Below are positions 28,655-36,909 of a stretch of DNA of 64,000 nt, piece after piece (within the stretch, counting starts at the first letter, position 1; every line of letters begins with the position of its first letter). This DNA comes from an uncultured Lachnospiraceae bacterium. Its GTDB lineage: Bacteria > Bacillota > Clostridia > Christensenellales > UBA1242. Position numbers and translations under genes: made by a program. The notes under the pieces are model-generated. The model was given only the letters and a program-made list of their open reading frames with translations. It ran no database searches and had not been told where the DNA came from. Location of the stretch: positions 192-64,191 of the forward strand of contig CAYMVO010000005.1 in the NCBI GenBank assembly GCA_964393975.1, read 5' to 3'.

Positions 28655-29452
28655 ATGACTACTATAGAATATATTAAATCAAAAATAAAAGATAATTATG
28701 AGTGCGCAATTGTGCTAGGAAGCGGATGGGATGAGGTCTCAAATATTATAAAAAAAGACTGCGTGATAGACTATGCTGATATACCTGACTATCCTACCTG
28801 CACCGTGCAAGGGCATGCGGGGCAAATGGTTTTTGGCACGCTAAAGGGTAAAAAGGTCGTCTTGCTAAAAGGTCGTTTCCATTTGTACGAGGGATATAGT
28901 ATGCAGGACGTTGTAAAGCCGATGACAGTGATGAAAGAACTTGGCATCAAGACAATCATCCTCACAAACGCTAGTGGTGGCTTGAATGCGAGTTTTGCGG
29001 TTGGCGATGTTATGATAATAGCAGATCACATAAACAACACGCAAAAGAACCCACTCATAGGAGTGAAAGCGACTAAAGAATATCCTATCTTTATAGATAT
29101 GAGCGAAGTGTATACACCTAGATTAGTTTTAAAGGTTGCGCAAATTTGCAAAGACCTAAATATAAAATACCACGAAGGCGTGTACATGCAAAATATAGGA
29201 CCTATTTACGAGACACCTGCTGAAGTGCGAACTTTTAGGACTTGGGGCGTTGATGCGGTAGGTATGAGCACTATACCAGAAGCGACTATGGCGCATTATT
29301 TAAAAATGGATGTCATAGGGTTAGCACTAATAACGAATATGGCTGCAGGCATTAGTGAGAGTCCACTATCTCATAAAGAAGTGTTGGAGACTGCACACGA
29401 CAACAAACAAAAGCTCCGTAAACTACTAGAAAATATTGTAGAATCTATTTAA
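28655..29452 (+). CDS. punA: Purine nucleoside phosphorylase (PNP family 2, PunA type)
   Basis: Track start is 28640. ATG 28655 follows AGAGGGG. GRFHLYEGYS, LTNASGGLN and VGMSTIPE motifs are present. Confidence 0.8.
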   Translation: MTTIEYIKSKIKDNYECAIVLGSGWDEVSNIIKKDCVIDYADIPDYPTCTVQGHAGQMVFGTLKGKKVVLLKGRFHLYEGYSMQDVVKPMTVMKELGIKTIILTNASGGLNASFAVGDVMIIADHINNTQKNPLIGVKATKEYPIFIDMSEVYTPRLVLKVAQICKDLNIKYHEGVYMQNIGPIYETPAEVRTFRTWGVDAVGMSTIPEATMAHYLKMDVIGLALITNMAAGISESPLSHKEVLETAHDNKQKLRKLLENIVESI

Positions 29453-29550
29453 AAAAGCAAAAAATCTTTTTAAAAAATAAGACGTAAATATACGACCTTT
29501 ATCCTTAATCATCATTTTCATCTTTACAATTTTGATTTTCTTCAAAAACA

Positions 29551-29580
29551 AAAACGCCACTTTCCTATCGTGGCGTTTTT
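29551..29580. terminator. Bidirectional terminator between punA and the convergent hypothetical gene
   Basis: AAAACGCCAC-N9-GTGGCGTTTT. Confidence 0.65.
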
Positions 29581-29586
29581 CGTTAC

Positions 29587-30495
29587 CTATCTAGACAACT
29601 CGTCGTCTTTTTTGTCTTTTACTTCTTCATTTTTGTTACTGACTAAATTTATTTCATCACTTTCTTTTCGCTTGGCATCTACATACGCAAAAGCATCTTT
29701 TTTCTTTTTAGAATATTTAGATGATTTGTTTAAAGCAAATATATAAAAAGGGTTACCTTTTTCTATAAGTGATTGATACAATTTTGTAAAATTCACATAC
29801 TGCTTGCCTTTACAATTTTCTAGCGCAAGTAAGGCATCAAATTTATTCTTAGATGAATATTTTTTATCACACAAGATATCTACAATTTCGTTTATCTTGC
29901 GATCCTCAATGTCTAACCAACCACCAAAACGAAGAATACTTGACATATACTCGCCGTCACCGCTTTGTATCACCATATCAATATGACCATTTTTATCAAT
30001 AGACTTCGCTAAATCACAATTACTTAGCATAGTCGCTAAATAAAAATTATATTCAGCATTTTTACTACAAAGCACTCTATCATCCATAACGCTTATATGT
30101 CTCATTATTTTTTGACCATTTAGCGTATTGGTCTTAACATTTTTTAAAGTATCGCACCTACTATCAAGCCCTAAACATCTAAGTGCCTCATAACAGTCCT
30201 CTTCACCGCCATAAAGGGCGACCTTTTGTAGCACCTTTTCCACATTATTCCCGTATACCCAATTTTGCTTCAAGAGTCTTATACAAAGGTCCATATCCTC
30301 ACACTCAATCACCTCTTTGTTTAACTCCTCCAAATCAACAAGCATAGGACAAAATTCAAGCACGTCAACTGCAAATCTAGTCTTTAGCCCGTCAGACATA
30401 ACCTCTCTAACAGCATCATACAACTCTTGCACATCTCCGCCACTTGCATCACAAAATTTTTTAAACTTTTTCAACACCCAATCATATTTAAGCAT
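29587..30495 (-). CDS. Hypothetical protein with a Lys/Glu-rich C-terminal tail
   Basis: Track ORF extends to 30507 (TTG). ATG 30495 follows GGGGG with a 5-nt spacer. No motif recognised. Confidence 0.45.
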   Translation of the reverse strand: MLKYDWVLKKFKKFCDASGGDVQELYDAVREVMSDGLKTRFAVDVLEFCPMLVDLEELNKEVIECEDMDLCIRLLKQNWVYGNNVEKVLQKVALYGGEEDCYEALRCLGLDSRCDTLKNVKTNTLNGQKIMRHISVMDDRVLCSKNAEYNFYLATMLSNCDLAKSIDKNGHIDMVIQSGDGEYMSSILRFGGWLDIEDRKINEIVDILCDKKYSSKNKFDALLALENCKGKQYVNFTKLYQSLIEKGNPFYIFALNKSSKYSKKKKDAFAYVDAKRKESDEINLVSNKNEEVKDKKDDELSR

Positions 30496-30961
30496 ACAAA
30501 CCCCCAAATAAAAAAGTATATCATATATAATGTACCATACTTTTTGTAAAAGTCAACCACCAATTTTATTAATTTTTTCTAAAATTTTGCTAAAAACAAT
30601 ATTATCACCTACTTTTCAAATCACCGCATTTAATAATATTATCAAAAGTCAGAGGAAAGCAACACGTTATTTTCAAATGGCTGATGTTTATTCAAACTGT
30701 GACGCCGTTATTTATAACGGATTTGCGTTAGCAAAATTGATTTACGAACATTGTAAGCAAATCAACATCACATAGTTTCTATTATTTATTTTTATCTAAA
30801 GATTGTAGTATCCACAACGATTACAAAAATTTTTGTAGTATTTTGAAATAACGAACAAATGCTTATTAATTTGCTATGAAAAACTTGATTTATTAATAAA
30901 TTTTTGTTAGACTATTCTATAGATAATACAAATTAATTTTTATAAATAAAGAGGTGTCGGT

Positions 30962-31348
30962 ATGAATGGTATAGATATGGCAAAAAGTATGAGAGATAGG
31001 AGTTATTGTCCTTATTCTAATTTTAGAGTTGGGGCGTGCATTGAGTTTGAAAACGGCGAGTTCGTCGGCGGAAACAATGTGGAAAATTCCTCCTATGGAC
31101 TTACCGTATGCGCGGAAAGGGTTGCGGTATTTAGCGCAATCTCACTCGGTAAAGACTTGAAAAAAGCAATTTGCTTATATATTAGCACAGATAGTAGTAC
31201 ACTCACCCCTCCTTGTGGAGCGTGTTTACAAGTCTTGAGTGAATTTTGGGATGATTTGAAAATCGTACTTTGCAATAATGACGAATCAAAAGAGTTTACA
31301 TTAAACGAGCTCCTTCCTACAAAATTTAGCAAGGATAATATAAACTGA
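30962..31348 (+). CDS. cdd: Cytidine deaminase
   Basis: 128 aa with the zinc motifs CAERVAVF and PCGACLQVL. RBS is AGAGGTG. Confidence 0.85.
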   Translation: MNGIDMAKSMRDRSYCPYSNFRVGACIEFENGEFVGGNNVENSSYGLTVCAERVAVFSAISLGKDLKKAICLYISTDSSTLTPPCGACLQVLSEFWDDLKIVLCNNDESKEFTLNELLPTKFSKDNIN

Positions 31349-32031
31349 TGAAGTTAGTAGAACTAATAAAAATACTTTCAGAACTGATTTTATCTTTTGT
31401 AATAAAACAAGTCGTACAAGTAAACCTATCTATTACAGGCAATACAAAAATAGATAGCGTTATTTATGGTATAGTCGCTTATGGATTGATACTGCTTTCT
31501 TTGATTAATTTATTACAAGTATTTATCGCACATAAAAAAGGCGCCGAAAAGAAGAAAATCAGTTTTTTTGGCAGTCTAGGCATATACTCACTCGCTATAA
31601 TTGGCGCTGTTGGATTATGGCAACTCATAAATTTTTGGGTGTTTTGGGTGGTCGTCGGTGTAATAGCTATAATATTCATAATTTATTATATTAAAAACGC
31701 ACAGTATAAAAAAGAGGTACGCTTATATAAAAAATCTATCAAAAAAGCACTAAAAATAGAATATGACTTTTTGGTAAAACGACTAATAGTGTATAAATCT
31801 ACGGAAAACTTTATATCCGTATTGACAAATACGCAAAAATATTATTTATTAGCACTACCAACAGAAGAAATCACTTGTGATGATGAGTATATAAATACTT
31901 TGAATGAAAAATACTCAATCAAGCAAACCGAAATGAATGAAAACTATGTTTTGCTACGCTATTTGACTTTTTTCGTTTTGGAAAACGAAAACGACTTAGT
32001 TCCTCTATATACAGATTTAACCAGCCATTAA
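31348..32031 (+). CDS. Membrane protein of unknown function, translationally coupled to cdd
   Basis: 227 aa with about 4 TM segments followed by a soluble domain. Its start overlaps the cdd stop (TGATG). Confidence 0.5.
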   Translation: MKLVELIKILSELILSFVIKQVVQVNLSITGNTKIDSVIYGIVAYGLILLSLINLLQVFIAHKKGAEKKKISFFGSLGIYSLAIIGAVGLWQLINFWVFWVVVGVIAIIFIIYYIKNAQYKKEVRLYKKSIKKALKIEYDFLVKRLIVYKSTENFISVLTNTQKYYLLALPTEEITCDDEYINTLNEKYSIKQTEMNENYVLLRYLTFFVLENENDLVPLYTDLTSH

Positions 32032-32150
32032 TCAAATGTATCAATATCACATTTATAAAAAACCTACAACCGCACTTTAAATCGCAATAAATACAACGAC
32101 TCTAAATTATTATAATAAGCACCAAAATCTTTGGTCCAATATACAAATAA

Positions 32151-32199
32151 AAAGACACCTTTAGCAAAATAAACCGCGCTCAAATCAGGTGTCTTTTTT
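32151..32199. terminator. Bidirectional terminator
   Basis: AAAGACACCT-N26-AGGTGTCTTT with A/T runs on both sides. Confidence 0.5.
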
Positions 32200-32204
32200 A
32201 ATTA

Positions 32205-32762
32205 TTATTCAGCTATTCTTCTTACCATAACATAGGCAGTCAAGTTTGTTCCAGTCAATGTTAACGTTTCACCCGCTTGCGCTATGCTAATGTAGAACGT
32301 ATCCCCCGCATCCAATCTTAATATCGTTTGCGCAGTGGTTATACCTTCAGTCGTGACTGGTATACGAGTGTTACTCACCAAAGAACCGCCCTCCCAAATA
32401 CCTATGTCAGCTTGTGCGGTTGATGGTCCTACGCCGTATATTATCTCATACACACCGGCATTTGCTACAGTGATATTACCCGAAGAATCTATTGTCACGC
32501 CATTTGCTTCGTTGCTCGCAGTCAAATTGATAGGTATCGCAGTGTCATTGACAGTTTGTGCCACTACTGAGTATCCGTAACCAAACTCAGCCACCCCTGT
32601 CGCACCAGTAGGTCCCGTAGGTCCCGTCGCACCCGTCGCACCCGTCACCCCTGTCGCTCCAGTAGCACCCGTCGCACCCGTCACCCCCGCAAGGCACACT
32701 CTCCTACACTCGTAACCACACGGTTCGCAATACGACCGCCTACAAATATTAAAACACGCCAT
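32205..32762 (-). CDS. Collagen-like (GxT repeat) protein with a Cys-rich N-terminus and a beta-rich C-terminal domain, BclA-like exosporium/spore-surface architecture
   Basis: 185 aa. The N-terminus MACFNICRRSYCEPCGYECRRVC has 7 Cys. About 10 triplets follow (GVT GAT GAT GAT GVT GAT GAT GPT GPT GAT), then roughly 125 aa of globular sequence. Confidence 0.65.
   Translation of the reverse strand: MACFNICRRSYCEPCGYECRRVCLAGVTGATGATGATGVTGATGATGPTGPTGATGVAEFGYGYSVVAQTVNDTAIPINLTASNEANGVTIDSSGNITVANAGVYEIIYGVGPSTAQADIGIWEGGSLVSNTRIPVTTEGITTAQTILRLDAGDTFYISIAQAGETLTLTGTNLTAYVMVRRIAE
32589..32687 (-). repeat. GxT-encoding 9-bp-periodic collagen-like repeat tract
   Basis: On the plus strand, reiterated GTCGCACCC / GTAGGTCCC units. 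Confidence 0.7.
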
Positions 32763-32900
32763 TTATATCCCTCCTTTATGTTTTAATTACTCCATACTAT
32801 TCAATGCGGTTTGATTTTGTTACAAACCATAAAAAACACTCACTTTTTCATTCTTTTAAAAGTCTAAGACATACAATAAATCATATTTTCGCTCGCTTCA

Positions 32901-32936
32901 ATAAAAAAGCCCTCTCACCATAAAGGTCTAGAGGGT
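32901..32936 (-). terminator. Intrinsic terminator after the Cys-rich mini-protein gene
   Basis: Minus strand reads CCCTCT-N14-AGAGGG followed by CTTTTTTATT. Confidence 0.6.
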
Positions 32937-32971
32937 ATTAACTTTTTATAGCAAGAGTAGCTTTTTACAAA

Positions 32972-33211
32972 TTAGCAGTTACCTTTACCGCAACCAAGCC
33001 CGCACACATTAAAGATTAAGTACATCACTATAATAGTGCACCAATCTATGTTGCAATTACAGCAGTTAGTCAAAAGCAACAAGATTAATATGATAGTACA
33101 ACAGTCCATTTCACAGCCAAAACCCTTGAAACCACCGCAATTTCTATCATTGTCACAACCTTGATTGCAACCATAGTTTCCGCAACCACAGTTTCCAAAT
33201 AATCCGCTCAT
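32972..33211 (-). CDS. Small, extremely Cys-rich protein (about 15 Cys in 79 aa) with two hydrophobic stretches
   Basis: MSGLFGNCGCGNYGCNQGCDNDRNCGGFKGFGCEMDCC...CGLGCGKGNC. RBS is AGGAGGA. It lies immediately upstream of the collagen-like gene on the same strand. Confidence 0.6.
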   Translation of the reverse strand: MSGLFGNCGCGNYGCNQGCDNDRNCGGFKGFGCEMDCCTIILILLLLTNCCNCNIDWCTIIVMYLIFNVCGLGCGKGNC

Positions 33212-33368
33212 ATGTATCCTCCTATATTTATCATTATGCTATGTATATCTTTTTATCTTTTGCGCATCTTAAATCTTTCGTACACTACATACTATTATGC
33301 GTCATCAAAAAATGTGACAAAAAAAGAAAATTGTTTTTGATAATTTTCTCCAATTTTCTTTTTACCAT

Positions 33369-34496
33369 TTAAATGATTTCTTTTACCGCTTGTATAAACT
33401 TATCTATTTGCTTTATCGTGTTTCCTCTACCAATGCTCGCACGCACCACCCCACCATCTATCGTACCTAAAAACCTATGCACGAGCGGTGCACACTGAAG
33501 ACCACTACGAACGGCGATATTGTATTTATCGTTTAGTATATCAGCCACCTCGCTAGCATCCTTGCCCTTTATATTAAATGCCACCACTCCATTAGTCGCA
33601 CTATCTGGAGTGTACACGATCACACCGTCTAACGCCTTAAGCCAGCTAATTATCTTTTGCGTTAGATATTTTTCCTTGTAATCTCTTATATCCAATGTTT
33701 TATACGCATACTCACAACCTTTACCCATAGATATTATAGGAATTATCGGTAATGTACCGCTCTCTAGCCCTTCAGGTATGCCGTTTGGTTGCTTTAAGCT
33801 CTCAGAAAAAGTACCCGTCCCTCCATACTTTATAGGTGCTAAGCTAACCCCCTCACCTATCACCAAAGCACCTATTCCACAAAGCCCATACAGTCCCTTA
33901 TGCCCCGCAAGCGCTAGCATATCTATGCTTTGCGATTTTATATCTATTTTTTCGTGACCAGCCGACTGCGCCCCGTCCACCAAAAATAATAGACCTTTTT
34001 CTTTTGCCCATTTACCTAGCGTACTTATATCTTGCTTGACACCTACGACATTGCTTATATGGTTGACTATTAGCATATATGTGTTGCTTTTTAACACCGC
34101 CTCCAGTTCTTCGGTAGTTATAACAAAATCTTTTGATTTTGGACTAACGACTGTATAATCTATCTTGCCTTGCTCTTTTAGATACTCCAGTGTCCTCAAA
34201 ACGGAATTGTGTTCAAAACAAGTCGTTATGATATGACCGCCCTCTCTCGCACTACCCCTTATCGCAAGATTAAGACTCTCAGTACACCCACTCGTAAATA
34301 CCACCCTATCAGGTTCACCACCAAACGCCTTCGCTAACACCTCTCTCACATCATACACCGCATCCGCACTACGACGACTCGCCGTATGCCCACTACGCCC
34401 CGCATTAGCGGTATGCAAAAATAACGCCTTTAAAACCGCCCACTTCACACTCAATGGTTTATAATAAGTGGACGCCGAATTGTCTAAATATATCAT
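33369..34496 (-). CDS. Cysteine desulfurase (class V aminotransferase, NifS/IscS-like)
   Basis: 375 aa. PLP-lysine context LAGHKGLYG and active-site Cys context RSGLQCAP. Confidence 0.75.
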   Translation of the reverse strand: MIYLDNSASTYYKPLSVKWAVLKALFLHTANAGRSGHTASRRSADAVYDVREVLAKAFGGEPDRVVFTSGCTESLNLAIRGSAREGGHIITTCFEHNSVLRTLEYLKEQGKIDYTVVSPKSKDFVITTEELEAVLKSNTYMLIVNHISNVVGVKQDISTLGKWAKEKGLLFLVDGAQSAGHEKIDIKSQSIDMLALAGHKGLYGLCGIGALVIGEGVSLAPIKYGGTGTFSESLKQPNGIPEGLESGTLPIIPIISMGKGCEYAYKTLDIRDYKEKYLTQKIISWLKALDGVIVYTPDSATNGVVAFNIKGKDASEVADILNDKYNIAVRSGLQCAPLVHRFLGTIDGGVVRASIGRGNTIKQIDKFIQAVKEII

Positions 34497-34615
34497 TTTA
34501 TACCCTCCTTAAATTCTCTATATAGTATGATTAAACATTCTTTTTCGTTAATTAATGTATTTAAAGTCAATTTTAAAAAATTTAGAATAAACTAGTAAAT
34601 AAGGAGTCTATTTAT

Positions 34616-34762
34616 ATGAAAGATTGTTACGATGAAGCATTACTCGCCACCGCTATTGCGTGCAAATTGCACGACACATATACCAAAGAAGACCTACACT
34701 GTCTAATCAGTTTTATGCGTTTACTCATGAATAACCTTGAATACTTTATCTATAGAAAATAG
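34616..34762 (+). CDS. Candidate 48-aa protein MKDCYDEALLATAIACKLHDTYTKEDLHCLISFMRLLMNNLEYFIYRK
   Basis: Below the ORF-track cutoff. ATG 34616 is preceded by AAGGAG. It ends 48 nt before repeat copy 1. Confidence 0.35.
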   Translation: MKDCYDEALLATAIACKLHDTYTKEDLHCLISFMRLLMNNLEYFIYRK

Positions 34763-34809
34763 CTCACCTTAAAGCCCACTTTTCAATCACCTAATACATA
34801 GCCCAGCCT

Positions 34810-35108
34810 TTAAAAAACACTACCCCACATCATATTGGGTAGATACGAAAAGTGCTATCGCTAAAACCAACGCATATTAAAATTACATTCAGCAATAGGA
34901 TATAAAACACAAATGCAAATGTCAACCACGCTTTAGGGGACGCACCTTCGCGGGATCACCCTACACAAATATACTGTTTGTCATTAAAAAAAATTATACA
35001 AAGTACTTGACCATTTTCTAGTCGACACCAGCGCAAAGACCACTTGCGGTCGAGCGCGATAGCGTTAGTCTATATCCCCGCCCTATATTACAACACCACC
35101 TTTTAAAA
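34810..35108 (-). repeat. Direct repeat copy 1 (299 bp) flanking the AbiE module
   Basis: Collinear with 36910..37209. By eye there is one substitution (34865 A vs 36966 G) and one A-run length difference. Confidence 0.9.
34812..34986 (-). ncRNA. Candidate ~175-nt structured sRNA inside repeat copy 1 (family not recognised)
   Basis: Minus strand has TATAAT (34998..34993), GC-rich stems (TAGGG..CCCTA with inner CGC-GAAGGT-GCG), and a terminal hairpin CTACCC-N11-GGGTAG followed by TGTTTTTT. Confidence 0.3.
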
Positions 35109-35151
35109 CACAATAAAACACACCGCTATGTATCGTTGTACACATCGGTGT
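35109..35151 (-). terminator. Terminator candidate after abiEii
   Basis: Minus strand reads ACACCG-N20-CGGTGT followed by GTTTTATTGTGTTTT. Confidence 0.4.
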
Positions 35152-35251
35152 ATTTAAAAGTATATGTTTTATTTTTTATAGTATATTAAGCTAAACGATA
35201 GCGTTAGACTGACTTACTAAATCAACACCATTTCTTATAAAATATAAAACT

Positions 35252-36151
35252 TTAAAAAATATTAAATTTTATTATTTTTTGAATAATTTTTATCGTCTCT
35301 ATATAAGGCACATTATCGTAGGTTATTAGGCTAGTAATATTTTCATAATCTTGTTTATAAACATCTTTTTTAATTATTTCTTCTAACAATAGACTGATAT
35401 TATATTTTTGATGCGCAGAAGTGCAAAATCTTTTTAACTTTCGCAAATTTCTTATTTCTTTAATGTACATCTTTAAATCATCATTAAAATTAATGCTATT
35501 AAACAATTTATAAACATCATATAGATGTCTAGAATGTAATAAAATATCATTATTTAAATAATAATCACACAAGGCAAAAATTTTATCAACAAAAGTTCTA
35601 GTAATAGATTGAGTTTTAATCTCAAAAGGCTCAACATCCTTGAATGATATCTTATTTAGTAAATTATTCTTTTTCAAATAATCATAAATTATATTTGAAA
35701 CATATTTATTTTCTATCGGATAAGCGTTTATACTAAACACAGTCTCAATGATAACATTTTGCTTTAAACCATTTGACTCATAAAGCGCTGGATACTTAAT
35801 TTCAAATTTATTATAATCCATACCACTCAAAACATCTTTCTCATTTTCCAAAACAAAACCTAAATCTTTAACAATTTTAACGATACTATGATTTATAGAT
35901 TTTATATCCCTTTGAGACAATTTGCTTTCACAAGATAAATCTATATCCTCGGAAAATCGGTTTACCAAACCAAAACATTTTGAAAGTGATGTCCCGCCTT
36001 TAAAAACTATATTTATATTCGCTTTTGCTATCTCATTTAAAATCAAACTAACAAAATAGTCTTTTTCTATGATTGCTTCGCTAATTCCTTTTTCTTTTGA
36101 AATCTTATTTATTAATTGAGAAAATAATTCTTTATCTTGATACAACTTCAT
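35252..36151 (-). CDS. abiEii: AbiEii/AbiGii-family nucleotidyltransferase toxin (DUF1814)
   Basis: 299 aa. The hallmark is FKGGTSLSKCFGLVNRFSEDIDL. 4-nt overlap with the upstream antitoxin gene. Confidence 0.75.
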   Translation of the reverse strand: MKLYQDKELFSQLINKISKEKGISEAIIEKDYFVSLILNEIAKANINIVFKGGTSLSKCFGLVNRFSEDIDLSCESKLSQRDIKSINHSIVKIVKDLGFVLENEKDVLSGMDYNKFEIKYPALYESNGLKQNVIIETVFSINAYPIENKYVSNIIYDYLKKNNLLNKISFKDVEPFEIKTQSITRTFVDKIFALCDYYLNNDILLHSRHLYDVYKLFNSINFNDDLKMYIKEIRNLRKLKRFCTSAHQKYNISLLLEEIIKKDVYKQDYENITSLITYDNVPYIETIKIIQKIIKFNIF

Positions 36152-36753
36152 AGTATCCCCAAAATATATAAATTTTTAATTGTTTTAGATGGATATTCTG
36201 TTATATATCTCATAACTTGTTTTTTATCTACATTATTTAAAAAATATTGACAAATTTTTTCTTTATTAGTTAGTAATATTTCAATTTTTGTAGAGGTAAT
36301 AAACTCCAAAAACTGCAACGTCAAGCAATTCTCTTTATCTATATCAACTCTTGATTTTCTCAAAACGACCTCTTGATTTTCTACCTTTATCCTTCTAACC
36401 CTTGTAGATTCTTTATTCGTCATAATTTCATAAGTGTTTGGTACTTGCATTGTAACCCCGATATAATTCATAAAAGATATACCACAATAAAAACCATATA
36501 CTTTTTCATCATTTTTAATATACTTTTTCTCAATGACTTTAACAGTAGATAATGTGGATCGCCCTAATACAGTCTTAGTAGGAATATAATAAATACCATT
36601 CTCAAATCTTGCGAGGTTTCCCTTATCGATAGATTCTTGAATTAATTGCGATATTCTGACCTTTGATAGTTCACTAAACATAGAACGGATTTCATCTATA
36701 AATATTGGATTATTCATACTATACTTATTTGCTAAACGCGACACTATTTCCAT
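36148..36753 (-). CDS. abiEi: AbiEi-family antitoxin / transcriptional regulator (type IV TA)
   Basis: 201 aa. N-terminal wHTH-like FIDEIRSMFSELSKVRISQLIQESIDKGNLARFENGIYYIP. Paired with AbiEii. Confidence 0.65.
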   Translation of the reverse strand: MEIVSRLANKYSMNNPIFIDEIRSMFSELSKVRISQLIQESIDKGNLARFENGIYYIPTKTVLGRSTLSTVKVIEKKYIKNDEKVYGFYCGISFMNYIGVTMQVPNTYEIMTNKESTRVRRIKVENQEVVLRKSRVDIDKENCLTLQFLEFITSTKIEILLTNKEKICQYFLNNVDKKQVMRYITEYPSKTIKNLYILGIL

Positions 36754-36790
36754 AATTACCTCCTACTATATTTTATACCTTTTTAAATAT

Positions 36791-36819
36791 ATTATACTCA
36801 TTTCAACATTTTTTGTCAA
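36791..36819 (-). promoter_or_regulatory. Consensus sigma-A promoter of the abiE operon
   Basis: Minus strand reads TTGACA (36819..36814), a 17-nt spacer, then TATAAT (36796..36791). Confidence 0.6.
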
Positions 36820-36909
36820 TAGTAATATAGTATTTTCACATTTATTTTTAACATTTGCCATAGATACATTAAAGCAATCAGCGAGCCTCAAAGCACGTCA
36901 TCCAATCTA

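Noticed and set aside
30530-30775. 81-aa ORF in the 454-nt gap upstream of cdd, and the nested 32-codon MADVYSNCDAVIYNGFALAKLIYEHCKQINIT
   Set aside because: No Shine-Dalgarno sequence lies at a usable distance from either start. The N-terminal half reads like translated AT-rich spacer. There is no supporting terminator or promoter geometry.
32589-32687. Short periodic repeat tract considered as a possible CRISPR or other noncoding array
   Set aside because: It has 9-bp periodicity, lies in frame, and encodes GxT collagen triplets within a complete ORF. No repeat-spacer architecture exists anywhere in the window.
33212-33368. Sigma K-type mother-cell promoters upstream of the Cys-rich and collagen-like genes
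   Set aside because: CATAGCATA and CATTGAATA resemble the CATAnnnTA -10 element, but no properly spaced AC -35 element accompanies them. This is too weak to annotate.
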